Origin: Candidatus Omnitrophota bacterium
GTDB taxonomy: Bacteria; Omnitrophota; Gorgyraeia; Zapsychrales; Zapsychraceae
NCBI GenBank assembly: GCA_020429915.1
Contig: JAGQKV010000019.1
Span: 17,282-81,281, forward strand
Direction: 5' to 3'
Length of the DNA stretch: 64,000 bases
Each line of letters opens with the position of its first letter. Position 1 is the stretch's first letter. The translations under genes and the position numbers were made by a program. This document shows, one piece after another, positions 26,760 through 36,306 of the stretch. The notes below the pieces were generated by a model. The model did not search any database. It was not told the DNA's origin and worked only from the letters and a program-made list of their open reading frames with translations.

Positions 26760-28594
26760 TGTCCAAACGGGGAACCGCCTACAAATTAGGACGTATCAAT
26801 GAGTTCTTGAGCCGTTTCGGTATCCGGAAACGTTCGTTGGTGTTTATTGTCGGTATTATGGGCGTCTCGGCTGCCTGTGAGGCGATGTCGGCAGGATTGA
26901 TCATACCGTTCCTGAATACGTTTCAGAATGCTCAGGCCGCAGATAGCGACAACAGGATCGTCCGGTTCTTGATGAGCCTCTATGACGGTTACGCCCGGGA
27001 GGAACGTTTCCTGTATCTCCTGTGCACGATGATCGGGATGATGACTATCGTACAGCTGCTGCTTATTTTTACCAATCGGTTGGTACTGAAGTTCTCGATG
27101 TTTACCATTCAAAACCGCATAGCCGAGATGTTGTTCGATGAAATCCTGAACGCGCGGCTGAAGTTCTTTTACAAACAACGGTCCGGCAATCTGATCAACC
27201 ATCTCAGAGAAGATGTTAACCGTTGTTACAACTGTATATACCACCTGCTGAAGGTGGTGGCTCCCTTGTTGATTATCACGGCCTTTCTCGCCGTCAGTTT
27301 TGTAATCGTGCCGGGATACACCGTCTGGTTTGTGGCTGGATTGGGCATCGTCGGCTGCTCGTTCAAGTTCCTGCTCCCCTATTTGTACTCTCTTGGCATT
27401 CGTAACCGCAACGCGTATCAGGATGCCAACAACGTTATTGTGGAAACCTTGCAGGGAATCCGCACGGTCATTTTGTCTTCGGCTCAGGACAAATATCAGC
27501 GGAAGTTCAATGATATCCTCCGCCGGTATTACAGTACGATATTCAATTCATCTTTCATCACGATCTCGCTTCCCACCTTTGTGAAACTGATCGCCTTATT
27601 GACCATCGGCACCGCGCTGTTGTTTAACCGGGACGCGATCGTTGCCGCCGAACCTGAAATGTTGTCCAAGATATTCTTTTTTGTCTACGTGGCAGGTATG
27701 ATATTCACCAATCTTGGAAAGATCAATTCATCGCATTCGAGTTTCGCGTTCGGATTTGAAGGATTGGAAGCGTTGCTGAAACTGGACGATCAACTGCGGG
27801 AATCCAAGAAAAGCAAGCCGATCGGGCGGACACCGTTTCCGCAGTTCCAGCGGCAAGTGGACGTCAAGAATTTGTGCTTCGAGTACATTAAAGGCTGTCA
27901 GATCATCCATGATCTGTCGTTTACGATCACAAAGGATCAGAAGGTGGCGTTTGTGGGCAGTTCCGGAAGCGGCAAATCCACACTCATCGATATCCTCAGC
28001 GGTTTTCACGATGACTATACAGGATCCATATTAATCGACGGAACCGAATTGCGTGATATTGACAAGGGAGATTGGAGGTCCTTGTTTGGGTACGTCAGCC
28101 AGGAAACATTCATCTTCAACGATACGGTGTACAACAATTTGATCTTCGGGTTGGACCGTCAGGTGGATATGCAGGAGGTCATCGAAGCGACCCAAAAGGC
28201 GCAGATTTATGACACGATCATGGCCTTCAACCAACAGTTTGAGACCGAACTCGGTGAGCGCGGCATCCGGCTTTCCGGCGGAGAGAAGCAACGCATCGCT
28301 ATTGCCAAGCTTTTTCTGAAGAACCCCACGGTCGTCATACTGGATGAAGCGACCAGTTCTCTGGACTCGGAGGCGGAACGAAAGGTCAAAGAGGCGCTCG
28401 ATTTGCTCGGCGAAGGCCGGACCGTGCTGGCGGTCGCGCACCGGCTGTCCACCATTGCGGACTACGACCGGATATATGTGTTGGAACAGGGGCGCATCGC
28501 GGAGAGCGGTAATCATTATGAGTTAATCCAACTGAAAGGCCATTATCACCGGTATTTCAGTCTTCAATCCATGGAAGGAAGTTATGTCGTCTAA
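26756..28594 (+). CDS. ABC transporter, fused permease/ATPase (MsbA-like lipid/polysaccharide exporter)
   Basis: Six N-terminal TM helices; Walker A GSSGSGKST, signature LSGGEKQR, Walker B ILDEAT; ATGA overlap start at 26756. Confidence 0.85.
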   Translation: MMSKRGTAYKLGRINEFLSRFGIRKRSLVFIVGIMGVSAACEAMSAGLIIPFLNTFQNAQAADSDNRIVRFLMSLYDGYAREERFLYLLCTMIGMMTIVQLLLIFTNRLVLKFSMFTIQNRIAEMLFDEILNARLKFFYKQRSGNLINHLREDVNRCYNCIYHLLKVVAPLLIITAFLAVSFVIVPGYTVWFVAGLGIVGCSFKFLLPYLYSLGIRNRNAYQDANNVIVETLQGIRTVILSSAQDKYQRKFNDILRRYYSTIFNSSFITISLPTFVKLIALLTIGTALLFNRDAIVAAEPEMLSKIFFFVYVAGMIFTNLGKINSSHSSFAFGFEGLEALLKLDDQLRESKKSKPIGRTPFPQFQRQVDVKNLCFEYIKGCQIIHDLSFTITKDQKVAFVGSSGSGKSTLIDILSGFHDDYTGSILIDGTELRDIDKGDWRSLFGYVSQETFIFNDTVYNNLIFGLDRQVDMQEVIEATQKAQIYDTIMAFNQQFETELGERGIRLSGGEKQRIAIAKLFLKNPTVVILDEATSSLDSEAERKVKEALDLLGEGRTVLAVAHRLSTIADYDRIYVLEQGRIAESGNHYELIQLKGHYHRYFSLQSMEGSYVV

Positions 28595-29573
28595 GAAAAT
28601 ACTTGTCACCGGCGGATCAGGTTTTATCGGATCGGCCCTCGTTCGGCGGTTGGTCGCGCGTGGTTACTCGACCACGGTGTTCGACAACAATTTCCGCGGT
28701 ACGGCTGAGCGTTTGGCGGATGTCGCCGACCGTATTGATATCATTGAGGGCGATATCCGATCCCGCGAAGAAGTCGTTAAGGCTACGACCGGTATGGACA
28801 CTGTTTTTCATCTGGCTTTTATTAACGGGACCAAATACTTTTATCAGCGGCCGGATCTGGTCCTGGATGTCGGTGTTAAGGGCGCTGTCAACACGGTGGA
28901 GGCGGCCCTCGAGTGCGGTATTGCCCAATACATTCTGGCCTCGTCATCGGAAGTGTACCAGCAGCCGACGCACATCCCCACGACGGAAGAAGAACGCATC
29001 CTGATTCCGGACGTGCGAAACCCCCGCTACAGTTACGGCGGAGGAAAGATTATCAGTGAGCTGCTGACCATCAATATGTTCCGGGAGACGGCGGTGAGTC
29101 ATCAAATCTTCCGGCCGCATAACATCTTCGGTCCGCAAATGGGATTTGAACACGTGATCCCCGAGTTGGTCCGCAAGATTACGGAGGGGACGAACGGTTT
29201 TAAGGATCAGCAGTGCCGTATCGAAATACAAGGGACGGGTGAAGAGACCCGCGCCTTTTGTTACGTCGAGGACGCGGTCGATCAATTAATATTTATTTTA
29301 GAGAAAGGAAAGTCGGGAGAAATATATCATATCGGGATGGAGGAAGAAATCACCATACGGCAACTGATTGAAGACATCGGCCAGGCGTTGGGGGTGCGGA
29401 TCGAAGTCAGCGCCGGGGAGCTGCGCAGCGGGGGGACATCCCGGCGGTGTCCCAGCATCCGGAAGGTGTGTTCGCTCGGATACAAACCCGAAAATCATTA
29501 TCGGACCGGCCTGAAGAAAACCGTCGATTGGTACCGAGAATATTTTATGAAGGAGATGCCCATTGGAACCTAA
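28584..29573 (+). CDS. NAD-dependent sugar epimerase/dehydratase (SDR family)
   Basis: VTGGSGFIGSALVRRL, YSYGGGK catalytic motif; 329 aa. Confidence 0.85.
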   Translation: MSSKKILVTGGSGFIGSALVRRLVARGYSTTVFDNNFRGTAERLADVADRIDIIEGDIRSREEVVKATTGMDTVFHLAFINGTKYFYQRPDLVLDVGVKGAVNTVEAALECGIAQYILASSSEVYQQPTHIPTTEEERILIPDVRNPRYSYGGGKIISELLTINMFRETAVSHQIFRPHNIFGPQMGFEHVIPELVRKITEGTNGFKDQQCRIEIQGTGEETRAFCYVEDAVDQLIFILEKGKSGEIYHIGMEEEITIRQLIEDIGQALGVRIEVSAGELRSGGTSRRCPSIRKVCSLGYKPENHYRTGLKKTVDWYREYFMKEMPIGT

Positions 29574-29586
29574 GACCCAAAACAAA

Positions 29587-30690
29587 ATGGATTTCATTCC
29601 GATAGCCAATACATATATCGGTGAAGAGGAGGCCCAAGCGGTCTACGACGTCGTCCGTTCCGGCTGGATCAGCATGGGCAAGAAGGTTCAGGAGTTTGAG
29701 GCCAACGTGGCCGGTTACGTGGGCGCCCGCCATGCGCTGGCGATGAACAACGGGACCTCAACTTTGCACGCCATCCTGACGGCCCTGGGCATCGGTCCGG
29801 GGGATGAGGTGATCTTGCCGACGTTGACCTACATCTCGACATCCAACGTAGTTCTCTATCTCGGAGCCAAACCGGTCCTGTGCGAATGCGATCCATTGAC
29901 ATTTAACGTGGAACCCGAACACATCCGTCCGCATATCACGGAGAAAACCAAGGCCTTTATGACCGTCGACATGAAGGGGCAACCGGTGGACTTTGACGCC
30001 TTCAACACCCTGAGCCGGGAAACCGGTATTCCCTACGTTTCCGACAGCGCGGAGTCGCTTGGCGCTATTTACAAGGGCGAAAAGGCGGGCTCGCAGGCAT
30101 TGGTGCACTCGTTCAGTTTCTTCGCCAATAAGAACATTACGACGGGCGAAGGCGGAATGGTTACGACCAATGACACGGACCTATATGAGAAACTGGTTAT
30201 CATCCGCAATCAGGGACAGGAAGGCCGTTACAATCACACGTGGCTGGGCAACAACTACCGCATGCCCGACATCCTGGCGGCCTTCGGCATCGAACAGTTT
30301 CGCCGGGTCGACTGGCTGATGGAAGAGAAATCGAAGCTCGCGGCGTACTATAACCGGGCCTTTGCCGATTATCCGCAAATAAAGACGCCGTTGGTCCGCG
30401 ACTACGTGGGAAGGCCCAGCTGGTATATGTATTCCATCCTCGTTGATCCCGCCAGGCGCGACGGGCTGCTGGAATACCTGAAGGACAATAATATTGACAC
30501 GCGGCTTTCATTTCCGCCGGTCCACATCCAGCCTTACTACGTACAGCAGTTCGGTTACCGGCCTGGGGATTATCCTGTGTCCTGGGAGACCTTCCGATCA
30601 TTTGTGGATATTCCGATCTGGGTGGGGATGGGACAGGAACGGCAGGACTACATCATTGAACGGATCACGGAGTATTTGGAGAAGGCCTAA
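29587..30690 (+). CDS. DegT/DnrJ/EryC1/StrS-family sugar aminotransferase (PseC-like)
   Basis: PLP-aminotransferase motifs (FSFFANKNITTGEGG); start at the ATG at 29587 (the track ORF began at a TTG overlapping the upstream gene). Confidence 0.85.
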   Translation: MDFIPIANTYIGEEEAQAVYDVVRSGWISMGKKVQEFEANVAGYVGARHALAMNNGTSTLHAILTALGIGPGDEVILPTLTYISTSNVVLYLGAKPVLCECDPLTFNVEPEHIRPHITEKTKAFMTVDMKGQPVDFDAFNTLSRETGIPYVSDSAESLGAIYKGEKAGSQALVHSFSFFANKNITTGEGGMVTTNDTDLYEKLVIIRNQGQEGRYNHTWLGNNYRMPDILAAFGIEQFRRVDWLMEEKSKLAAYYNRAFADYPQIKTPLVRDYVGRPSWYMYSILVDPARRDGLLEYLKDNNIDTRLSFPPVHIQPYYVQQFGYRPGDYPVSWETFRSFVDIPIWVGMGQERQDYIIERITEYLEKA

Positions 30691-31194
30691 ATGGGACGTG
30701 TCTATTGGATAACCGGCCTGTCCGGCGCCGGAAAAACGACCATTGCCGAAGCCTTGTTGAAGGCTATCCGGGAGGCGGGGCAGTCCGCGGTATTTCTCGA
30801 CGGAGATCAATTGCGGGAGGTGTTCGGCCGGCGCGAGGCCTATCAGCGGGAGGACCGCCTGGATTTGGCCCTGCAGTATGCGCGGTTGTGCAAGATGCTG
30901 AGTGAACAGGGATTGACCGTGATCTGCGCGACGATATCGTTATTTAAGGAAGTGCATGCCTGGAACCGGGAGCACATTCCCGGTTATACAGAAATCTTCC
31001 TGAAAGTCCCATTGGACGTCTTGCGGGCGCGTGATTCCAAGGCTATCTACAGCCAGGCGGCGGAAGGAAAATTGCAGCAGGTCATGGGGGTGGACATCCC
31101 GCATGATGAGCCGCCGAGCCCGGATCTGGAAATCGTCAATGACGGAAGCCGGTCACCGGCGGAGATCGCCAGGATTATTTATGAGCTTCATTGA
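30691..31194 (+). CDS. CysC/APS-kinase-homologous small kinase (Cj1415-like, candidate cytidine diphosphoramidate kinase)
   Basis: P-loop GLSGAGKTT and LDGD motif; 167 aa. First gene of a five-gene block that matches the MeOPN pathway. Confidence 0.75.
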   Translation: MGRVYWITGLSGAGKTTIAEALLKAIREAGQSAVFLDGDQLREVFGRREAYQREDRLDLALQYARLCKMLSEQGLTVICATISLFKEVHAWNREHIPGYTEIFLKVPLDVLRARDSKAIYSQAAEGKLQQVMGVDIPHDEPPSPDLEIVNDGSRSPAEIARIIYELH

Positions 31195-33532
31195 AACCAC
31201 ATTCAAATTCGGGACCAAAGCGGAAACACTGGAACGGATCGGACCGTTACTGGAAACGATCCGCTGTCCCCAGTTGTTTTATTTTACCGTCACCGATTGG
31301 CGGACCGACGCGCAGGGTTGTCTGAGCAAGGCCCGCGCAATGTATGCTGATGCGGTCCGGATGGTGGTCCGCAGCAGCGCCCAAGGGGAGGACCGCCAAG
31401 AATCATCTATGGCCGGCGCGTATTGCAGCGTCCTGAATGTGACTCATGACAAGCTGACCGAAAGCATCGAGACGGTCATAAAATCGTATGGTGGTCACGG
31501 CGGTGATCAGGTCCTTATTCAGCCGATGATATCGGATATTGCCGTCAGCGGAGTTATTATGACGCGCAATCTGGAAGACGGCGCCCCGTACTATGTGATC
31601 AACTACGATGATCTGTCCGGCAAGACCGATTCGATTACCGGAGGCGTCGGCGTCCATAAGACGGTTTTGGTAAGCCGTGACTGCGACGAGGCCAACTTCG
31701 ATTCGCGCCGGTTAAAGGCCATGGTGCGGCTGGCCAAGGACGTGGAAAAGATTACTCGCGACACACCCGTCGATATCGAATTCGCGCTGGGCGAGGACCT
31801 TGTTCCCTATTTATTTCAGGTGCGGCCCATCAGCGTGTGTCAGAACTGGGACGGCCGTATGGCGGATCAGGTCCGGGAATCCATTCCGCACGTCGAACGG
31901 CTCGTTCGCGAGCAGTCGGCGCGGCAACCCGGCATTTACGGTGACCGGACGATCCTGGCCAATATGTCCGACTGGAATCCCGCCGAGATGATCGGGGTGC
32001 ATCCGGACCCGTTGGCGGCGAGCCTCTACCGTGAATTAATCACCAAGTATGTGTGGCAGCGCGCGCGGGCCGAAATGGGATACTATGGGGTCGACGCGGA
32101 ACTGATGACTTTTCTGTACGGTCAGCCGTATATTGACGTTCGCCTCAGTTTTAATTCTTTTTTACCGGAAGACTTATCGACGGACGTGTCCGAGAAACTG
32201 GTGAACGCGTGGCTGGACCGCTTGGACCGTCATCCGGAACTGCATGACAAGGTGGAGTTCGACGTCGCCCAGACGTGTCTGGATTTTTCTTTTGACCGCG
32301 ATTTGGACGAACGCTATCCCGGATTGCTCAATAAGGCGGAGCGCGAGGAATTCCGTACGGCGTTGAGGACTTTGACGCAGCGGGCGTTGACGCTGGATTC
32401 CGGAAATACGCTGTCGCAGGCGATGGAGCGGATCCGCGGGCTCGCGGAGAGGCAGCGGCAGGAGCGGCATCCTACGTTAAAGGACCTGGTGGAGGAGTGC
32501 AAGCTGGAGGGAACGCTGCCGTTTTCGATGATCGCCCGGCACGCGTTTATTGCGGAGAAGATTCTCCGATCGGCGGTGGAATCCGGGGCCTTAACCGAAG
32601 AACGGCTGCAGCAGTTCAAGACGTCCGTGCACACGGTGACGAGCGCGATGGCCGGCGATTTGAAGAAGGTCGCCGAGCAGACCATGCCGCAGGAAGAATT
32701 TCTTAAGGAGTACGGTCACCTGAGACCCGGAACGTATGATATCCAGTCCCTGTCCTACCGGGACAGGTCCGCGCTGTTCGCGGGAGGCATCCGGTTGCCG
32801 GAACGGCGGCACACCGAAGATTTTGAACTAAACCCGGAAGAGGCACGGCGTTTGAATGCCCTGTTGGCCGGGGCCGGATTGACGGTGGCGGCGACGGATC
32901 TTCTGGTACATGCCCGTCTGGCGATCGAAGGCCGGGAATATGCCAAGTTCGTCTTTACCCGCAATATATCCGAGATCCTGGAAATGCTTGTCGGATGGGG
33001 CGAAAGGCACGGGTACTCCCGGGAAGATTTGGCGTGTTTGACCATCCACGATTTTCTGTCGGTTGAGGACCCTCAGCACCTGGCTGGCCGAATAGCAGAG
33101 GTCAGCGATGCCGTCCGCCGGGAACAGGCGCTCAGCCGGCATTTAAAACTCAGCTATCTGATTCGCGGCGTGCGCGACATATATATCGTTCCCCTGCATC
33201 GCAGCGCCCCCAATTTTATCGGGCAGGTCCGGATTACCGGAGAGACCGTGATCCTCGACGCGCATTCCGGGGCGGAAGTGGATATTGAAGGTAAGATCGT
33301 TTGTATCGAAAATGCGGACCCCGGTTTCGATTGGATATTCACCAAGGGTTTAAAGGCGCTGATCACAAAGTTCGGCGGGGCGAATTCCCATATGGCGATC
33401 CGCTGCGCCGAATTCGGATTGCCGGCCGCGATCGGTTGCGGGGAGGAAGTCTTTCAGCGTGTCGTGGACGCCGGACATGTCGAGCTGAACGGTTCGGATA
33501 AGACGTTGCGGCCGATCGGAATGGAGTCGTGA
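31181..33532 (+). CDS. PPDK/PEP-synthase N-terminal (ATP-grasp) domain plus C-terminal PEP-utilising swivel phosphohistidine domain, with no PEP-binding TIM barrel; rifampin-phosphotransferase / Cj1418 (L-glutamine kinase)-like
   Basis: 783 aa. The mobile-domain signature GGANSHMAIRCAEFGLPAAIGCG lies at the extreme C-terminus (the PEP synthase arrangement would put it in the middle). Start at the ATG at 31181, overlapping the upstream stop by 14 nt. Confidence 0.7.
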   Translation: MSFIETTFKFGTKAETLERIGPLLETIRCPQLFYFTVTDWRTDAQGCLSKARAMYADAVRMVVRSSAQGEDRQESSMAGAYCSVLNVTHDKLTESIETVIKSYGGHGGDQVLIQPMISDIAVSGVIMTRNLEDGAPYYVINYDDLSGKTDSITGGVGVHKTVLVSRDCDEANFDSRRLKAMVRLAKDVEKITRDTPVDIEFALGEDLVPYLFQVRPISVCQNWDGRMADQVRESIPHVERLVREQSARQPGIYGDRTILANMSDWNPAEMIGVHPDPLAASLYRELITKYVWQRARAEMGYYGVDAELMTFLYGQPYIDVRLSFNSFLPEDLSTDVSEKLVNAWLDRLDRHPELHDKVEFDVAQTCLDFSFDRDLDERYPGLLNKAEREEFRTALRTLTQRALTLDSGNTLSQAMERIRGLAERQRQERHPTLKDLVEECKLEGTLPFSMIARHAFIAEKILRSAVESGALTEERLQQFKTSVHTVTSAMAGDLKKVAEQTMPQEEFLKEYGHLRPGTYDIQSLSYRDRSALFAGGIRLPERRHTEDFELNPEEARRLNALLAGAGLTVAATDLLVHARLAIEGREYAKFVFTRNISEILEMLVGWGERHGYSREDLACLTIHDFLSVEDPQHLAGRIAEVSDAVRREQALSRHLKLSYLIRGVRDIYIVPLHRSAPNFIGQVRITGETVILDAHSGAEVDIEGKIVCIENADPGFDWIFTKGLKALITKFGGANSHMAIRCAEFGLPAAIGCGEEVFQRVVDAGHVELNGSDKTLRPIGMES

Positions 33533-33534
33533 AC

Positions 33535-34152
33535 ATGATAAAGATCGGTATCACCATGCGCGTAGTGGAGGCTCAAGGATACCGGGAACCCCGGGACGCC
33601 CTCGCCCAGGATTGGACGGATTTTATGGCGGTGGCCTTTCCCGAATGTCTGTGGATGCCCGTTCCCAATGTGGGTAACCGTGTGGTTGAGTATGTGCGGG
33701 CCTGGGATCTCGACGCCTTTATTTTCTCCGGGGGAAATGATTTGGGGTCGTCGCCGCGGCGCGATCAGACGGAGCAGGCCCTGCTGAAGTATGCCGTGGA
33801 GAACCGGCTGCCTGTCTTCGGCGTCTGCCGCGGGCTGCAACTGCTCCATCAGTATTACGGAGGGGCCTTGGAGCCGTGTGATGCCGGCGTGCACGTGGCC
33901 GCGCAGCATGATGTGGATTTGAACGGAGAAACGTATCGGGTGAATTCCTATCATAATTTCGGTATCCGCGAGACCGCCGTCAGTCCCGCCCTCACGGTTA
34001 TCGCACGAACCGGCGACGGTTGGGTGGAGGGGGTGGATCTGACCGACGCGCCGGGCCGGGCGGTGATGTGGCATCCCGAACGCGACCGACCCTACCGGAA
34101 ACGGGATATTCAATTGATGCGCGAATGTTTATTGGAAGGAGTACCCTCATGA
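33535..34152 (+). CDS. Class I glutamine-amidotransferase-like (peptidase C26 / gamma-glutamyl hydrolase) protein, Cj1417-like
   Basis: GATase1 nucleophile elbow GVCRGLQLL and a C-terminal His region (WHPE); 205 aa. Confidence 0.7.
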   Translation: MIKIGITMRVVEAQGYREPRDALAQDWTDFMAVAFPECLWMPVPNVGNRVVEYVRAWDLDAFIFSGGNDLGSSPRRDQTEQALLKYAVENRLPVFGVCRGLQLLHQYYGGALEPCDAGVHVAAQHDVDLNGETYRVNSYHNFGIRETAVSPALTVIARTGDGWVEGVDLTDAPGRAVMWHPERDRPYRKRDIQLMRECLLEGVPS

Positions 34153-34901
34153 AGGCTGTGATTCTGGCCGCCGGGCGCGGTTCCCGCATGAAAGGATTAA
34201 CCGACGAGAAACCGAAATGTCTGAACGAGCTGCTGGGGCGGCCGCTGTTTGACTGGCAGCAGGAATCCCTGCGTGAGGCCGGCATCACGGATATCGTCGT
34301 GGGCCGCGGCTACCGGAAGGAATTGCTGACCGGAGATTTTCAAACCGCCGACAATGACCGCTGGGACCAGACGAATATGGTGTATACGCTGCTGTGTGCC
34401 GCACCGTATTTGCGCGCGGACACGTGCGTGGTGTCCTACGCCGACATCGTGTATCATCCGGACCACGTCCGGGCCTTGATGGCGGCCGCCGGCGACGTGG
34501 TAATCACCTATGACACGCTGTGGCGGCCGTTATGGGAATTGCGGTTTCCGGATCCGCTGGCCGATGCCGAGACATTGCGTATCGACGAACGCGGTATCAT
34601 TCAGGAAATCGGCCAAAAGGCGGCGTCTCTCGAGGAGATTCAAGGGCAGTATATGGGATTGCTGAAATTCACGCCGCAGGGTTGGGGGCAAGTCGAAGAA
34701 CTGCTCAACCAAATGCCCCCCGCCGATTTGGACCGGCTGGATATGACGTCGTTGTTGCAAAAGGTTATCCGTCGCGGAATTCCGATCAATACGGTCGGAG
34801 TGAAGGGGCGATGGTGTGAAATCGATAGCGAAACGGATCTTGACGTTTGCACGAAACACGCAAACACCGATCAATGGGAACATGACTGGAGATGGGAGTA
34901 G
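34149..34901 (+). CDS. Sugar/phospho-substrate nucleotidyltransferase (NTP_transferase fold; LicC/Cj1416-like cytidylyltransferase)
   Basis: N-terminal AVILAAGRGSRM motif; 250 aa; ATGA overlap start at 34149 (track ORF started upstream at 34020). Confidence 0.8.
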   Translation: MKAVILAAGRGSRMKGLTDEKPKCLNELLGRPLFDWQQESLREAGITDIVVGRGYRKELLTGDFQTADNDRWDQTNMVYTLLCAAPYLRADTCVVSYADIVYHPDHVRALMAAAGDVVITYDTLWRPLWELRFPDPLADAETLRIDERGIIQEIGQKAASLEEIQGQYMGLLKFTPQGWGQVEELLNQMPPADLDRLDMTSLLQKVIRRGIPINTVGVKGRWCEIDSETDLDVCTKHANTDQWEHDWRWE

Positions 34902-34904
34902 AGG

Positions 34905-35684
34905 ATGAGTACATCAATCAAACATGGTGATTTTAGTCTTTTGGCCGAGAATTATTCTAAATATCGGCCGGGCTATAGTGAAGATATTCTGGAATTGGTT
35001 TTGACCAAGGTGGGCAAGCCGATATCCGAACTCGATTTCGTCGATGTGGGCGCCGGAACGGGCATCTGGACGCGGATGGTGGCGGAGGCCGGTTGCCGCA
35101 CCACGGCGGTTGAGCCGAACAATGAAATGAGAAAGTATGGCGAGAGTACGGATCCGCATTTGAAAATTAATTGGGTGAAAGGGGCCGCTGAGTCGACGAC
35201 GCTGCCGGACAGCAGCTGCGATCTGGTCAGTATGGCTTCCTCGTTTCATTGGCCTGATTTTGACAGCGCGGTTCATGAATTTCATCGGATCTTGCGGCCG
35301 CAGGGATATTTCGTGGCCCTGTGGAATCCGCGCTTGATCGAAGTCAATCCGATGTTGGTTACGATAGAGAACAAATTGAAAGAATTGGTGCCGCATATGA
35401 AGCGCAAGTCATCCGGCCGTTCAGAATTCTGTGATAATTTGACTGACCGGCTGTTGCAAAGCGGTTGCTTCCAGAATGTGATTTACATGGAAGGCCGTCA
35501 CGTCGAGAGAATGTCCCCGGAGAGGTATATAGGGATATGGAATTCGGTTAATGATATCCGCAGTCAGGCCGGGGAGGAAAAGTTCCAGGAATTTATGGAT
35601 TTTGTCGAACGAACGATAGCGGGACTTGATGCCATTGAAGCAACGTACCTTACACGGGCGTGGTTGGCTCAAGTAAAGAAATAG
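34905..35684 (+). CDS. Class I SAM-dependent methyltransferase (Cj1419/Cj1420-like)
   Basis: SAM-binding motif I VDVGAGTG; 259 aa. Confidence 0.8.
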   Translation: MSTSIKHGDFSLLAENYSKYRPGYSEDILELVLTKVGKPISELDFVDVGAGTGIWTRMVAEAGCRTTAVEPNNEMRKYGESTDPHLKINWVKGAAESTTLPDSSCDLVSMASSFHWPDFDSAVHEFHRILRPQGYFVALWNPRLIEVNPMLVTIENKLKELVPHMKRKSSGRSEFCDNLTDRLLQSGCFQNVIYMEGRHVERMSPERYIGIWNSVNDIRSQAGEEKFQEFMDFVERTIAGLDAIEATYLTRAWLAQVKK

Positions 35685-35728
35685 TTTTCAAGATTATACC
35701 GGTGCTCCATAAAAAAGAGGAGGTTTAA

Positions 35729-36231
35729 ATGTCAAATTTGAAGAGAGTTTTGGTTCTGACCTTGGTCTTGATGCTCTCAGTCGGGGGGGGGACGCATTTG
35801 CTAAATCCGGAAGCGCGGTAACCCCTTACGTTAAATCCAGGTATACGTCGAGTTCATCGTATGCCCATTTTCATGTATACGTTTCGAATATTACCTCGAG
35901 CAGCATCAATGTATCGGTTACATTTTACGACGAAAGTGGAACCATCGTCACGGATGGTGATGATAGTCCCAGCACGGGATCGATACGAAATGATACCGGC
36001 ACGGTAACAAATTGGGATGATGCACCCACGTCATCAAGTGTGTCGTTTACCTTGGGAGGCAATGAAACGACAGCGATCCATTTTCGGCCGTCTTCTTTGA
36101 CTTCAGGGTACGCTATTATCGAATGGAGCCAGGATGGCGACAATGTGGTGGGGTTGGTCGCCAGCATTCTGAGAGAGCACTATGGCGATGGATTCAGCGT
36201 TGAGCCCATAAACAACGGGCTGCCGTTCTAA
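35729..36231 (+). pseudogene. Frameshifted (candidate phase-variable) gene for a secreted Ser/Thr-rich ~167-aa protein; the frame is broken at a G9 homopolymer
   Basis: RBS AAGAGGAGG then ATG at 35729 encoding signal peptide MSNLKRVLVLTLVLMLSVGGG. A G9 run (35783-35791) is followed by a stop at 35819. A +1 G (G10) or -2 G (G7) would fuse to the downstream frame (open to 36231) giving ...DAFAKSGSAVTPYVKS...EPINNGLPF. The tail of that frame is the track ORF 36040..36231. Confidence 0.5.
35783..35791 (+). repeat. Homopolymeric G9 tract, candidate slipped-strand phase-variation site
   Basis: Nine consecutive G read directly from the sequence, located at the frame break of the 35729 ORF. Confidence 0.8.
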
Positions 36232-36306
36232 ATAGTTTTAAAATAATATAGTGGGGTGCCGGTATCACTCTAGGCTGTATTCAGGTAACTCTAAACAGGA
36301 TAATGT

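Noticed and set aside
31031-31180. N-terminal 50-aa extension of the Cj1418-like ORF given in the track
   Set aside because: The extension overlaps the CysC-like gene in another frame and is R/S-rich. The ATG at 31181 gives the expected MSFIETTFKFG start with translational coupling.
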